Source: Hemiscyllium ocellatum
Taxonomy: Eukaryota
Direction: 5' to 3'
NCBI RefSeq assembly: GCF_020745735.1
Contig: NC_083410.1
Coordinates: forward strand, 4,190,117-4,254,116
Length of the DNA: 64,000 nucleotides
Within the stretch, counting starts at the first letter, position 1. Each line of letters starts with the position of its first letter. The notes below the pieces were generated by a model, which did not search any database, was not told where the DNA came from, and saw only the letters and a program-made list of their open reading frames with translations. Made by a program: the position numbers and the translations under genes. Of the stretch, positions 25,540-39,310 are shown one piece after another.

Positions 25540-28500
25540 AAATACCACAACAGGGCCTTCAGACCAAAGGGTATAGGAGCAGAATTAGGCCATTCAGCTC
25601 ATCGGGTTGGTTCTGCCATTCAGTGAGATACAGCTTTAAATTAAGGGGTGGTAGGTATAGGACAGATGTTAGGGGTAGATTCTTTACACAGCGGGTTGTG
25701 AGTTCATGGAATGCCCTGCCAGTAGCAGTGGTGAACTCTCCTTCTTTATGGTCATTTAAGCGGGCATTGGATAGGCATTTGGAAGTTATTGGGCTAGTGT
25801 AGGTTAGGTAGGATTCGGTCGGCGCAACATCGAGGGCCGAAGGGCCTGTACTGCGCTGTATCTTTCTATGTTCTATGTTCTATGGCTGCTCTGATAGTCC
25901 CCATCTCTACTTTCCTGCCTTTTCCCCATAACTCTGGATTCCATTCCTGATTAAAACTCTGTCGCTATCAGACTGAGAGTTACTTCAGGACTCAGTCTCA
26001 ACAGCCCTCTGTGGTAAAGAACTCCTCAGATTCACTTCCTCTGAGAGATGAAATTCCTCCTCATTTCTATCTTAAATCACAGACCAATTCCTATGAACTT
26101 TTGCCCTCTGGTCCCAAACTCTCCCACAAAAGGAAACAACCTTCTCGCCATATTCACCCTGTCAAGGCCCAAAGAAACTGAGATGCTTCAAATCTTCTTT
26201 TCATTATTAACTCCAATCAGGACAATCCCTTCCTCCCAGATGGAGGAAAAAAATCACTTAAATATATTAAGGATTAATAGCAGAACATTCAGAAAATCAT
26301 AATCTAATCAAGCATAGTCAGTGTGGCTTCATGAAATGGACATTGTGTTTGACTAATTTATTTGAGTTTTTCAAGAAAGTCTCACACAGAGTGGAGATAG
26401 AGGAACCAGTAAATCTGTTGTGTTTGTTCTTCCAGGAGGCATTTGGTGAGGTTACTCATAAAAGTTTAATTCATTTGATAAGAGCCAAGAATATTGGAGG
26501 GAGCATATTATTGTGGCCAGAGAAATGGCTGATGGGCAGGAAACAACAAAAAGGGATAAGGGGTTCTTTTACAGGGTGACCATTGGGATTCCAGTGCTAG
26601 GACCACAATTTATTACAACAGGAGAAAGGGGGCCAGTGTACTGTAGGAATATTTGAAGATGACACAAAAGTAGGTGAAAATGCAGTTTGTGAGAGACACG
26701 CAAACAGTTTACAGAGATATTGATCATTTAAAAAGTGTGCAAAACCTGGTAAATGGAGTATAATGTGTCCAAATGTTTAATTTGGAATGGAAAATAAAAG
26801 AATAGAATATTATTTAAATGGAGAGAAATTGCAGAAAGCTGCAACACAAAGAGATTGGGTAAACTTGTGCACTAAACTCAGGAATGTTGGCCCGTATTTC
26901 AAGGGAGTTGAAGTGAAAGTGTAGGGAAGTCTCACTGCAATTGTACAAGGTGCTGGTGGGATTACATCATGTGTACTGTCAGCAGTTTGGTTCACCTTAT
27001 TTAAAGAAAGATATTATCTCGTTGGATGCAGTTCAGAGAAGGTTCACGAGGATGATCCCTGGTATGGAGGGATTGTCATTTGAGCAAAGGCTGAACAGGT
27101 TGGGATTCCAGGCACTTGAATTTAGAAGAATGAGAGGTGATCCCTATGAAGCGTATAGGATTCTTAAGGGGCTTAGCAGAGTAAATGCTGAGATGATGTT
27201 TCCCCTCATGGGAGAGTCTCAGATCAGAGATCACAGTCTCAGAATTAAGGGGCACCAGTTTCAGACTGAGATGAGGATGGATTTCTTCTCTCACAGAATT
27301 GTGAGCCTTTGGGCTCCTTGCTCCAGTGAGCTGTAGGAGCAGAGTTTATGTATGTTTAAGACTGAGGCTGATAACTTCATGATCAATTTCCAGGAAAGTG
27401 GATGTGAGGAATGTTTGTTCAGCTGAGGACCTCCGGGATGCTGGTACAGGATTCTTTGAAGTTCGCATCACATGTAGACAGGGCGGGAAAAAAGACACTT
27501 CATGCTTAGCTTCATTGCTTCGTCCTTCGATTATAGGGCCAATCAAAGGTAGAAGTGGAAAATTGTGCATGGAGTCTGAGGAGATAGAGGAAGCACTAAA
27601 TGAGTATTTTTCATTGTCTTTTTCCAGTGCGAATACCAATGTTGTCAAGAAGAATACTGAAAAACAGGCTATTAGACCAGATGGGATTAAGGTTCACAAG
27701 GAGGAGGTGTGAGCAATTCTAGAAAGTGTGAAAATAGATAAGTCCTCTGGGTCGAATGGGATTTATCCTAGGATTCTCTGGGAAGCCAAGGAGGAGATTG
27801 CAAAGCCTTTGGTTTTGATAGTTATGTCATCATTGTCTGTAAGAATAGTGCCAGAAGACTGGAGGAGAGCAAATGTTGACTCCTTTTCCAGAATGTGAGT
27901 AGAGACAACCCTGATAATTATAGACCAGTGAGTCTTACTTCACTTGTTGGTCAAGTGTTAGAAAATATTCTAACAAATCAGATTTATAATCATCTAGAAA
28001 GGAATAATTTGATTAGGGATGGTCAATACGATTTTGTGATGGGTAGGTCGTGCTTCACAAAACTTATTGAGTTCTTTGAGAAGGTGACCAAACAGTGTGG
28101 GTGATGGTAAAATGGTTGGTGTGGTGTATATGGATGTCAGTAAGGTGTTTGATCAGGTTTCCCATGGTAGGCTATTGCAGAAAATATGGAGGCCTGGGAT
28201 TGAGTGTAATTTAGCAGTTTGGATCAGAAATTGCTGTGCTGAAAGAAGATAGAGGATGGTGTTGGATGGGAAATGTTCACCCTTGTGTTCAGTTACTAGT
28301 GGTGTACCACAAGAATCTGCTTTGGGGACATTGCTTTTTGTCATTTTTATAAATGACCTGGATGAGGGCATAGAAGGAAGGGTGAGTAAATTTGCGGATG
28401 ACACTAAGGTCGGTGGAGTTGTGGATACTACCGAAGGATGTTGCAGGTCACAGAGGGATATGGATATGCTGCAGAGCTGGGCTGAGAGGTGGCAAATGGA

Positions 28501-29280
28501 GTTTAATACTGAGAAGTGTGAGATTATTTACTTTGGAAGGAGCAAGGGGAATAAAGTGTACTGGGCAAATGGTAAGATTCTTGATAGTGTAGATGAGCAG
28601 AGAGACCTCGGTGTCCATGTACATAGATCCCTGTAAGTTGCCACCCAGGATGATTGGATTGTTAAGAAGGCATGTGGTGTGTTAGCTTTTATTGATAGAT
28701 GGTTTGAGTTTCAGAGCCATAAGGTCATATTGAAACTGAACAAAACTCTGGTGCGGCCACACTTGGAATATTGATTACAGATCTGGTCACAGCATTATAG
28801 GAAGGATATGGATACTTTGCAAAGGGTTCAGAGGAGATTTACTAGAATGTTGCCTGGCATAATGGAAAGATCTTATGACACAAGGCTAAGGGTGAGGGAC
28901 TCGAGGCTGTTTTTATTAGAGAGAAGGTTGAGATGTGATTTAATTCATACATATAAGATAATCAGAGGGTGGACAGGGAGACCCTTTTTCCACAGATGGT
29001 ATTGGCTAACATGAGGGGACATTGCTTTAAATTGAGGGGTGATAGACAGAAGACTGATGTCAGAGGTAGTTTCTTTACTCAGATTAAGAGCGTGGAATGC
29101 CCTGTTTACAACAGTAGTAGACTCGCCAACTTTCAGGGCATTTAAATAGTTATTGGATAAACATATGGATGTTCATGGAATAGTGTAGGTTCGATGGGCT
29201 TCAGGTTGGTTCCACAGGTTGGTGCAACATCGAGGGCCGAATGGCCTGTACTATATTGTAATGTTCTATGTTCTGTGTTT
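25540..29280 (+). mobile_element. Several CR1 LINE ORF2 and 3'-end fragments
   Basis: YRPVSLTSLVG, VPQESALGTLLF..INDLDEG..VSKFADDTKVGG, QRRFTRMLPG; (TTCTATG)n tails. Confidence 0.9.
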
Positions 29281-31009
29281 TACCTTAGGAGCTAGGATAG
29301 ATGGTACTGTGCAGAGCCTATATTTTAAACAACGTGTCCCATCACACTTTAAATAGTGGCATGGTGTTGTAAACCCCACCCCTTAGAAATGAGGCACATT
29401 TGAAATAATTGGAAGTTGTAAGGGAATTATGTAAGAACAGAAAATTCCAGATATACTCATAAACAGTGACGAAGATGCTAATTTGAGGGCTCACTGACAT
29501 TATTTCCCCAAAGTCTGACCTTTAGCTCTATGTGCAATCGGAGGAGGGGCTGGTTCAGGGTCACTGAGCGACACTCCATTTGATCTGGGTTTTTTAATCA
29601 GTCCTTGAGAGTGTTGATGTTGGTCTGATTAAACCTGCCTCATTGCAGTTTAATTAATTACACACAACATTTGGTGGTGGTTTAAAATAAAATGAATCAA
29701 AAATATTCCTTATGTCGCGAAGGGAGAGATTTGTATCCAATATGGACATTGATAATTTTTTAAAAATACACTTATTATTTTCAATGAAAAAGGTACACAA
29801 GGGGTGAGGTTTTTTACAGTTACAGACACAGGACAGTGCACACAGACTGTAATGCTGTTCAGTTGCAGAGGTTGGGAGGAACTGGTCACTCATTGCAATG
29901 TGAACATGTGATCTACATCACAAATGATTTCTTAAAGCTTCCCAACAACAGTTAAAATAGCTTGATACCATCCAGTACAAAGCAACCACTTGAATGGTAC
30001 CATGCCTTCAAACATCACCTCTCTCCACCACCAACCCTCAGTAACAGTAATGTTTACCCTTGACAAGATCACTGCAGAAATTCACCACATGTCCTCAGGC
30101 AGCATCTTCTAAACTCACAACCACTTGTAGAAGTACAAGGGCAGCAGGTACATGGGAACTCCACCTCCTGCAACATCACTTCAAAGCCAGGAGAAAACAA
30201 TAAGGAGTTCACCAAACATTTGTTCAAATTGATTACCAAGGCTGTTATAGCACGGGACTTTGAAATCTCAGTGCAGACAAGCATTCTGTATTGAGATTTT
30301 GTGGAAGTGAAAAGGTTCATTCATCAGCTCGTTGACAAAATAACAATCAATGTTGAGAAAGAACAATCTGTCGATGTGGTACATTTTTATTTCTAAAGCA
30401 CATCAGAGGTTATGCTGTCCAATAACAGCTCACATTAAAGGGAGGATAATTTTTTTCATGAATAGAGGATGGATTTACAACAACAAACAGCTGTGATAAA
30501 TGAGTCATTTTCAGGCTGTAACTAGTGAAACTAACCTTTCACTTGTTCACATATTGGGCATTAATGGATAGCCAGCATTTATTGGTTGTTCCAAAGTGCC
30601 CAGAGAGAAGACAAAAAATAATGAAATTAAACTCTGTTTCTGAAGTCAAATTAGGCCAGACAGGGTAAGAATCAGAGATTGTTGTAGGGTCAGTGCGGAG
30701 GTCTCAACTGTTTACAATATCTATCAATAAGTGTGCATAGTCTGGGAATAATCCTTATTTTCCCGGACTCCAGTATTGCACAGAAGGATTGATTCTGTAG
30801 TTTAGGTTTCAGGAGTTTCTTGAGGGCTTGTCAAATAAAATTAAAAACATTATTGATTTCCAAAATTAATTTTTCATGAAATGCAGCAACAAAAGATAAT
30901 TTCACATGTAATAGGTTTATCCAGGAGATAACTTAGAGATTCCTGCCTGGAAGCTTCCAGCTTGTCTCACCAGCTGGTGGGGAATGTATGTATCCCAGAG
31001 ACAATGTCA

Positions 31010-31325
31010 GTCAAGGCTGCAGTTGGTCACAACACCAGCACCAGGGAACTGGGTTTGATTCCAGGCTCAGACAACTGTCTGTGGAGTTTCCTGTGTCTCC
31101 AGTTTCTCCAATTCCCTCCCACAGTTCAAAGATGTGTAGGTTAGGTGAATTGGCCATGCTCAATTGCCCATTTTGTTCAGGGATTTGTAGGCTAGGTGCA
31201 TTAGTCAGGGATAAATATAGGATAATAGGGTAGAGGAATGAGTCTGGGTGGGTTAGTCTTTGGAGCTTCATTGTGGACTTGTTGGGCTGAAGGGTCTGTT
31301 CCCACACTGTAGGGATTCTATTAAA
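31010..31325 (+). mobile_element. Degenerate V-SINE
   Basis: Similar to 23520-23848 (GTTAGGTGAATTGGCCATGCT). Confidence 0.7.
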
Positions 31326-33085
31326 ATGCTTTGGTGCTATGAGAGTGAGCGAGTGTGTGTGTGTGTCTCAGACATGACCAATAATAGCCTATGACCACAC
31401 TGTACTCACTGCCCACTGTCAGTTCATGACACCATTTATCTCTCCACTCTGGAGGCTCCCTGTCTCATTCCTGATGAAGAGCTTTTGCCTGAAATATCGA
31501 TGTTCCTGCTCCTCGGATGCTGTCTGACCTGCTATGTTTTTCCAGCACCACTCTCAACTTGACTCTGATCTCCAGCATCTGCAGTACCCACTTTTGCAAA
31601 AGCTGGTGCAGCCAACCATACCCTCATTTGCAAAATGAATACAATAAACTCAGGGCCATGTTGAGTGATGCTTTATTTTTTTATTCGTTCATGGGATGTG
31701 GATGTCACTGACTGGGCCAGCATTCACTACCCATTCCCGAATTGCCCCTTGAACTGACTGTCTTGTTAGTGCCATTTCAGAGGATTGTTTAGACTCAATC
31801 ACATTGCTGTGGGTCTGGAGTCACATATAGACCCGCCCAGGGACAGGTTTCCCTCCCTGAGAGATATGTTCATTACCTGGGAAGTTATTGATGACCATCG
31901 ACCAGTTTTCAATGGTCACCATTAGGCTGGGTTTTTAATTCCACTACATTGGTTCTTGTGTTCAGTCTCACAGTCAGTGGGTCAGGGGAGCTTTATGAGA
32001 TATGGAGGACTCAATGAATGACAGGACACGAGGAAGCTCAGAGGGACAGAGGGAGCTTGGGGAGCTCAAAAGGAGAGGCTGGACAGGCTGAGACTTTTAT
32101 CACTGGAGCATTAGAGGTTGAGGGAGTGACCTTAAAACTCAGGAGGAACATAGATAGAGTGAAGAGCAAAGATCATTTCCTGCGGGTAAGGGATGCAAAA
32201 CTAGGGCACACATTTTTAAAGTGACAGGAGCAAGATTTAAAAGGGAACTGAGGAACAATATATTCACACGGAGGGTGGTTCATAATGGAATGAACTGCCA
32301 GAGGAAATGGGAGATACAGGTATAATTGCAACATTTAAAAGACATTTGGACTGGGACATGAACAGGAAAGATTTCATTGGATATAGGTCAAACACATGCA
32401 AATTGGACTAGTTTCAACTGGGAAAGTGGTCAGCATGGACAAGTTGGACCGAAAGGTCTGGTTCTGTGCTGTATGATTCAATGAATCTATGAAAGGCTGG
32501 AGGATGAGAGGGGATTTGAAGAAAGGTCTTGTCACCCAGAGAGTGGCAGGAATATGGAATTCACTGCCTGGGAGAGTAGTTGAGGTGGGAAACCTCAACC
32601 TTCAGAAATAACTTGGATAAGCAACTGCAATGTCATAATATTCAAGGCTGTGAACATAGTGGTTGAAATTTGAACTCGCGGAAGTTTAGTGTAATGATTG
32701 ATGGAACAGACTCGATGGGCTGAAGGATCTCTTTTGTACTGAATGATTCTATGATTGTACATGTGATGACATCATCACTGCATCACAGCCTGTGACCTGA
32801 GAGTACAACGATCTCTGACTCCATCTTCTATCAGATCACATGAAGCATGGGACTGTACTGGAAATAATCCTGCTCTGTGTAACCCAGTCACTAATGTTAG
32901 TCCTGACATCGACAAGCCTGAGGAAGGTCAGGAGTCTCCTCCGTTTCTGAAGCAGTGTACATAATAGTAGCTTTAGACTCATGAATAACACAATCCCCAC
33001 ACCCAGATTCTCATGTTCTCAGAGATAGCATAAACATTGTTGCACCCGGTAAACTATCCTGTTGGAGGCAAAACTAGAAACATAC

Positions 33086-33128
33086 CTTTCAGCTCACTGT
33101 AAATAGAGTGATCCCATTGCTGCAGTGC
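33086..33128 (-). pseudogene. Cytoplasmic ITIM exon (ALQQWDHSIYSELK) assigned to the V2 gene
   Basis: Acceptor atttctctttttcctgttag|, donor AAAG|gtatgt, 43 nt; SIYSEL fits S-x-Y-x-x-L. Confidence 0.65.
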
Positions 33129-34493
33129 CTAACAGGAAAAAGAGAAATGTTAAAACATTCTCTAAAACGTGGACACAATGATGACTTATTTAGAATTATT
33201 TCAAATTCAAACAATATTTACTGCTTATGGGCAAAAGGGATTTCCCTCCCTGGAACCAGATTCATATTAACAGCCTCCTTCATTCATTAGTGTCAGCTCA
33301 GTGGAAAACTATTTGATTTTGAGACTGGAGATTTTGGATTGAAAGCCAAGTCTTGAGATTTGATCGTACCAACCAGGCTGCTCCCTCAGTGCAGTACAGA
33401 GACAGGGCAGCACTGTCAGCAGGACAGGCTTTTCAATGAGATGTCAAACTGAAATCCTGTCTTCCCGAGCAGGAAAGTAAATGATCTTTTTGATAGAAAC
33501 TCAAGTAGTTAATCTGGAATTCTCTCTGCAAAAGAATTGACAATGTTCCATCGCTGAGTGCATTTCAGGTTGGAAGGGATAGACCTTCGGTTTCTCTGAG
33601 AATTTCTGGGAAATGAGGAGTAGGTGGGGAAGTGGAATTGGGGTAGATTATCCGCCAGGACTGTGTCAAATGGTGGAGCAGCTTGAAGAAGTTGTCAGCT
33701 TTGCACTTGCTCCTATTTCATATGTTCATATATTCTAAAGCAGCATTGTTCTCCCAGTGACCTTGCTGTGTTTAAATCAGTTCCTCTCTTTCTGATCAGA
33801 GTGACCACACTTCAAAACACTTCAGTCATTGTGAAGGCTCCCAGGCCATGTTGGGGTTCTGAGAGGAGTGATATAAATGGAAAAACATTTCCTTTCTGTG
33901 AATTGTGGATTGCAGTGCTGAGCACAGCTGGATCTTGAGGTAGGCAGTGACTGAGGAGACCATGGACTGGGTATGAGTGAAGAAAGGATAGCAGAGAGCC
34001 AATGGGCAAGTGGCAGAGGATGAGACTTGAACTTGGAGGGTCCAGGTGAGGCTTGGTATCTGGTGGTCTGATTCTGGGATTGAAAATCAATGAGGTCAAA
34101 GAGTGGAGAACAGGAGGATCTCAGTAATTGAGTTGGGAATTCAGCAGGGTGGACATTTCGGTTTGCTAGGCACTGAGCGCATTTCCACTCATTTTGATTG
34201 GTGGATAGAAATGTCAGTCAGATTATGGGACCAATGGAAATGCAGAAAGAGGACTCTTTGGGAACAGGGTGAATGTTGTAAACCCGAATGTTAATTGCAG
34301 TGCTAGATATTTACCATGTAGATTGAGTCAGAATCTGTGGGAGAATCTTTCATATTCTGTAATAAGAAGGAAATGATAAATATTGTGTTCAGTAATCATT
34401 GTGAAATGAGAGATGACTGAATGCTGATTAGACAGAGGCAGGAATTAGTCTTGAAATGTTTCTATTTCCACCAAGGTGACTAATTTGCCATAC

Positions 34494-34643
34494 AGTGTTC
34501 GAATCATAGCTGCGGGCAGCCGACAGTACAGCTGAGTGGAAAAGGAATATAGTTCACAGAGAGAATTAGATCCAAGAGAGAAAATCAGGAACAAAATCAG
34601 GAACATTTGGACATGAACATCCCGGTCAGACTCAACCCTGATT
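34494..34643 (-). pseudogene. Degenerate transmembrane exon assigned to the V2 gene
   Basis: Acceptor ttgttttatgtaattcag|, donor |gtatgg; one frame reads VQMFLILFLIFSLGSNSL, resembling FYFFILFVLSVGFNILL at 41463-41638; phase does not match a phase-1 start. Confidence 0.5.
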
Positions 34644-35589
34644 CTGAATTACATAAAACAAGTTGGACCAGTACGTCTCATTTAGTAATTTGAGTGTTTT
34701 TTTTCCACTGCTGAAGGATCAGTTGCTGGTCACCATGAGGGCTAATTGGAGATGAGCCACACTAAGCTGTTCTCCAATAGCCCGTCATGAGTGTCTGAGA
34801 GATCATGTAGAGATCTAAGATCAGTCTTCCTGATCTCCCTCTCGAGACACAAGCTGTCAAGGAATGTACAATTTTTTATGTTTTGTATTTTTGAGTGTGG
34901 ACTGAAATGGAAAATTAACTGCTTTAGAAATCAAGAATTGTTGAGGGATTCCTGGACCTTCTGAAATCAAGTAACCTGACCCTCATTGTAAGTGTAGTTG
35001 ACACAACTGCCTTTTGGGACAGTAGTGAGAGAGTGTTCACAGAGCATGTGGAAGAGGAGGATGGAGAGAGAGAAAGAGGGATTTGAGGTGGGAGGGAGGG
35101 GATGAGGTTGGAGGGTTGGTAATAGTGGAGTTCTAACCAACAACATGTAGCTGTTTGTTCTGTGAACCTGTGGTTAGTTGTTTATAACAAAATCCTTCTG
35201 CCTTGCAATAACAATGTGAATAGCTCACAGGGAGCTCAGCAAGTTTGAGAGTGGGAATGAGACATAGAAACCATCAGATCTGCACCAGATCAAGAGCTGT
35301 CTGTCTGTTCTCTGCAGTAAACAGTACTTTAAGCCTGAAGAAAGTCATCTGATTTTTCTTTCAGCAATTCCTGTCAGCTGCAAATTTTAATGAATCAGTC
35401 AGAGAGCTGCTCTGGATTGAGAAATTGTAACATTTATTGTCATGTGGATTTCAATATGAAAAACAGTGCAAAGTGTATACTGTTGCTGTGTATTAGTGCC
35501 ATTCACACCATCTTAAAATTAAAATAAAGAAAAGAGAACTTAGAAAAAGACTACAAACTTTCCTTCACCAATGTGACAGCATGCTGCTG

Positions 35590-35860
35590 AGAGTGTCCCT
35601 TTCCAGGCTTCCCAGTGCACACTTCAGCTTGTACAGTGTCTTGCTCCAGGCTTCTCTACCCACATCACACCTGCTGGAGCGTCCTGCTCCAGGCTTCGCA
35701 ACTCACACTGCACCTCCTCGGGAATCTCACTCTCGGCTTCCCAACCCATGCTGCACTTCCTAGAGTGTCCCACTCCAGGCTTCCCAACCAATGCTGCTCC
35801 ACTGAGATGGTCCCACTCTGAGCTTCCCAACCCACACCGTGCTGCCGAGAGGACTCCTGT
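35590..35860. repeat. Degenerate 43-bp tandem repeat, about 6 units (CTCCAGGCTTCCCAAC...)
   Basis: CTCCAGGCTTC-like motif recurs every 43 bp. Confidence 0.75.
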
Positions 35861-36449
35861 ACACTTTTCACGTGAACTGAAGGACTTGCATCAACTGCAA
35901 GAGATTCCACTTTCTTGGTATGCAGCTAGTGTGGAACCACAGGTAGTACCACATCATGTGGGCTTATGCTCATCATCCTCAGAAGTTAATATCTGAAAAA
36001 TAAGGCAGGAGGAAGATGGAGGGTCTCACATGAGTGTGCACTGTGTGAATCAGTGTCAATCAGTAAATGTAAATGCTGTAAATGTGAATCAGTCAGGGAG
36101 CTGTTGTCAGTGTGAATCAGTTCCCCCTGTGCCTCCTGTAAACAGGAGAAACCATCTAGAGAAGGAAGATTGAGAAGCAGTGTCTGAGCAGCACAAGAAT
36201 CAAATCAGAAATTCCTGTGGACAAGGAATTCTGAACTATCTTCCCAGTCTTTCCCTCTGCCCACAACACCATGTTTTTATTTGTCTCTGTCAGTCTGTAT
36301 GTGTGAAAGGGGGTGTTTAGTCGAGAATATGAAAGGGTTAAATGTCATTGTTTCCCTGTAACTAGACTCGACTTCGTTGTAAGAAACAGGAACTCGTGTT
36401 AAGGAGAGAATCCTGGTCTGTGCGTTCTGTCATGCTGAGTCTAAAAGAC

Positions 36450-37538
36450 AGGGCAATGGGGGACTTGCGTGGGTGGTTTGTAAAAACCTTTACATTTTAT
36501 GACCAGTCCATAAATAGCTGGCCTCCATTTCCAGCGTGTTACCCCAGTGAGGTATAACAAGGAGCTTAAGACAAAAGGTTGGCTGTGCAGGAGAAATTGA
36601 TTTGTAATCATAATTCGACATTGACACCAGCTCCTCCCTGTTCCAGGAACATGGACAGTGAAGAACATGGTAAAAACAATGACTGCAGATGCTGGAAACC
36701 AGATTCTGGATCAGTGGTGCTGGAAGAGCACAGCAGTTCAGGCAGCATCCAACGAGCAGCGAAATCGACGTTTTGGGCAAAAGCCCTTCATCAGGAATAA
36801 AGGCAGTGAGCTGGAAGCATGGAGAGATAAGCTAGAGGAGGGTGGGGTGGGGAGAGAGTAGCATAGAGTACATTGGGTGGGTGGGGGAGGAGATGAAGGT
36901 GATAGGTCAGGGAAGAGAGGGTGGAGTAGATAGGTGGAAAAGAAGATAAGCAGATCGGATGAGTCCGGACAAGTCATGGGGAGAGTGCTGAGCTTCAGGG
37001 CAGAGGAAATGGCCTGGGAGTTGCAGTGGGAGAGGGACTCCCTGAGATTCTTGTAGAGAGAGGAGGAAAACTTCTTCAAAGCAGGCATCCTTGCAAGAGG
37101 ATTCGCAGTAGGGTTAAAATCAACTAGGTAAAAACAATGACTGCGGATGCTGGAAACCAGATTCTGGATCAGTGGTGCTGGAAGAGCACAGCAGTTCAGG
37201 CAGCATCCAACGAGCAGCGAAATCGACGTTTCGGGCAAAACACCTTCATCAGGAATAAAGGCAGTGAGCTGGAAGCATGGAGAGATAAGCTAAAGGAGGG
37301 TGGGGTGGGGAGAAAGTAGCATAGAGTACAATAGGTGAGTGGGGGAGGAGATGAAGGTCAGGGAAGGGAGGGTGGAGTGGACAGGTGGAAGAGAAGATAA
37401 GCAGGTCGGACAAGTCCGGACAAGTCATGGGGAGAGTGCTGAGCTTCAGGGCAGTGAAGTTCACCAGTCTGTGTCCTGTTGAAGGAGGGACTCTGTAAGC
37501 TCCAGGCAGATGCTGGTCACCAGCTGCTGTCAGTGAGT
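36450..37538 (-). pseudogene. C1-set-like Ig constant exon of the V2 gene, split by a Penelope insertion and frameshifted
   Basis: Acceptor ttatttgtcttacag| phase 1: DSLTAAGDQHLPGAYRVPPSTGHRLVNFTA; after the insertion TVHV[frameshift]SWNREELV..AQP[frameshift]FVLSSLLYLT..W..SYLW(C?)TGH; B-strand Cys not found. Confidence 0.6.
36669..37454 (+). mobile_element. Penelope-like element, tandem direct repeat of its terminal segment
   Basis: GGTAAAAACAATGACTGC.GATGCTGGAAACCAG starts at 36669 and about 37127; the two copies of about 320 bp are near-identical. Confidence 0.85.
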
Positions 37539-37734
37539 CTGTAAGACAAATAATCAAATATCACAAATAGGCAGCCGGGATGTTGTTGAGAGTATTCTCC
37601 CATGAAGACCACATCTTTATAATTGTCTTTATTGTGGACTGGGGAATGAAATCAGAAAAGGATATTGTTTCAAATGAAGTAAATTGTCGAAGGAGATGGA
37701 AAAGACTGTTACCTGGCTTTCCCGGAGAGTGTGA

Positions 37735-38260
37735 TGCTGGATAAGCACAGCCGGTTAGACAGCATCCAAGCAGCAGAAGAATTGATGTTTTGAGCATAAG
37801 CCCTTCATCAGGAATGAGGTTTATGGGCCAAGGGGGCTGAGAGATAAATGGGAGGGGGTTGGGGGTGGAGCAGGTTAAGGGAGCTGGGAATATGATAGGT
37901 AGATGAAGGTGGGAGTGAATGTGATGGATTGGAGAGGAGGGTGGAGCAGATAGGGGAGAAAGAAGATGGACAGGTAGGATAGTTCAAGAGGATGGTGTCA
38001 AGTTGGAAGGTTGGGATTGGGATAAGATGGGGGAAGGCAAAATGAGGAAACTAGTGAAATCCACATTGATGCCATGTTTTTGGAGGGTCCCAAGGAGGAA
38101 GATGAGATGTTCTTCCTCCAGGTGTCAGGTGGTTAGGGTTTGGCAATAGAGGAGGCCCAGGACCTGCATGTCCTTGTTGGAATGGGAGAGGTAGTTAAAG
38201 TGTTCAGCCACAGGGCAGTGGGATTGGTCAGTGCGGGTGTCCCAGAGATGTTCCCAGGAT
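37735..38260 (+). mobile_element. Penelope-like fragment
   Basis: Same family as 96-1261 and 8574-9709 (GCCCTTCATCAGGAATGAG; CCTCCAGG..GGAGGCCCAGGACCTGCATG). Confidence 0.75.
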
Positions 38261-38726
38261 AGTAACTCCCCTCCTGATTCACCAAAGCCTGTCCACTATC
38301 AACAAGGCACAAGTCAGGGATGTGATGGAATATTCCCCACTTGCCTGGATGGGGGCAGCTCCAAACAACACTCAAGGAGCTGGACACCATTCAGGACAAA
38401 GCAGCCCACTTGACTGGCACCAAATCCACAACCATCCACTCCCTCCACCACTGACTCCCTGCTATACACTATCTACAAGATACACTGCAGAAATTCACCA
38501 AAGATCCTCAGATAGCATTTTCCAAATTCACGACCTCCTCCATCGAGAAGGACAAGGACAGCAGATATATGGGAATACCACTCCCTGCAGGTTTCCCCTC
38601 AAGCCATTCCCCATACTGCCTTGGGAATACCTGGCCTTGATGACCATTCTGCCCTACCACTGATGAAGCACAGCAGCTGGGTGCTCCCTTCCCTGGTCAC
38701 ACCAGTGTTCCCTCACATTGACTTAC

Positions 38727-39074
38727 CAGTTACATTGAGCTGGCTCCCTACTCCATAGATGTAGCCCCACACACTGCAGCTGTACAAAGCAGTATCATTG
38801 AGTGTCACATTCACAAGGCTCAGAATGTAACTGTTCCTGCTGACATTCCTGGAAAGCTGAACACGATCGGGGAAACCCTGGGTCTTGGTGAGGGTGCCAT
38901 TCACAAAGTGGCTTATCATCCACTCCCTGTTGCTGCCAGGTTGCCGGTAGTGCCAGTGGACATCAGTGTCAATCACACTGGCATTGTACATGGTAAACTG
39001 GAACTTGACAGTTTCACCCTCTGCTACCTTGCTGACCACTGGATCCTGAATGAGGACTGGATCAGCCAATGGGT
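38727..39074 (-). CDS. V2: germline-joined VJ exon, open frame but B-strand Cys replaced by Phe
   Basis: aacag|AC CCA TTG acceptor, ACT G|gtaagt donor, 348 nt; DPVLIQDP..VKFQFTM..VHWHYRQPG..GFPDRVQLSR..YILSLVNVTLNDTALYSCSVWGYIYGVGSQLNVT. Confidence 0.88.
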
Positions 39075-39310
39075 CTGTTCATATTGAAGAGAAAAAAATA
39101 ATATAACTGGAATTGTAACATTATATAAAATCTCTTCCTGGTAAAATGATGATTTGCAGAGAATGAACTGAAGCTTTCTGTGTGGATATTGATGTTTGTA
39201 ATTTGAGGGGGAATGACATGAAACATATCCATCAGTTGAGTGCTTTCCAATTTGCTGCTGTGATTCATTTTGTGAATTAACTAAAGAGAGGAGAATTTCA
39301 CAATGCTCAC

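Noticed and set aside
32840-32926. Plus-strand signal-peptide or TM-like stretch MKHGTVLEIILLCVTQSLMLVLTS with plausible splice sites
   Set aside because: No supporting plus-strand ectodomain exon; overlaps the putative terminal exon of the better-supported minus-strand gene; probably chance but not excluded
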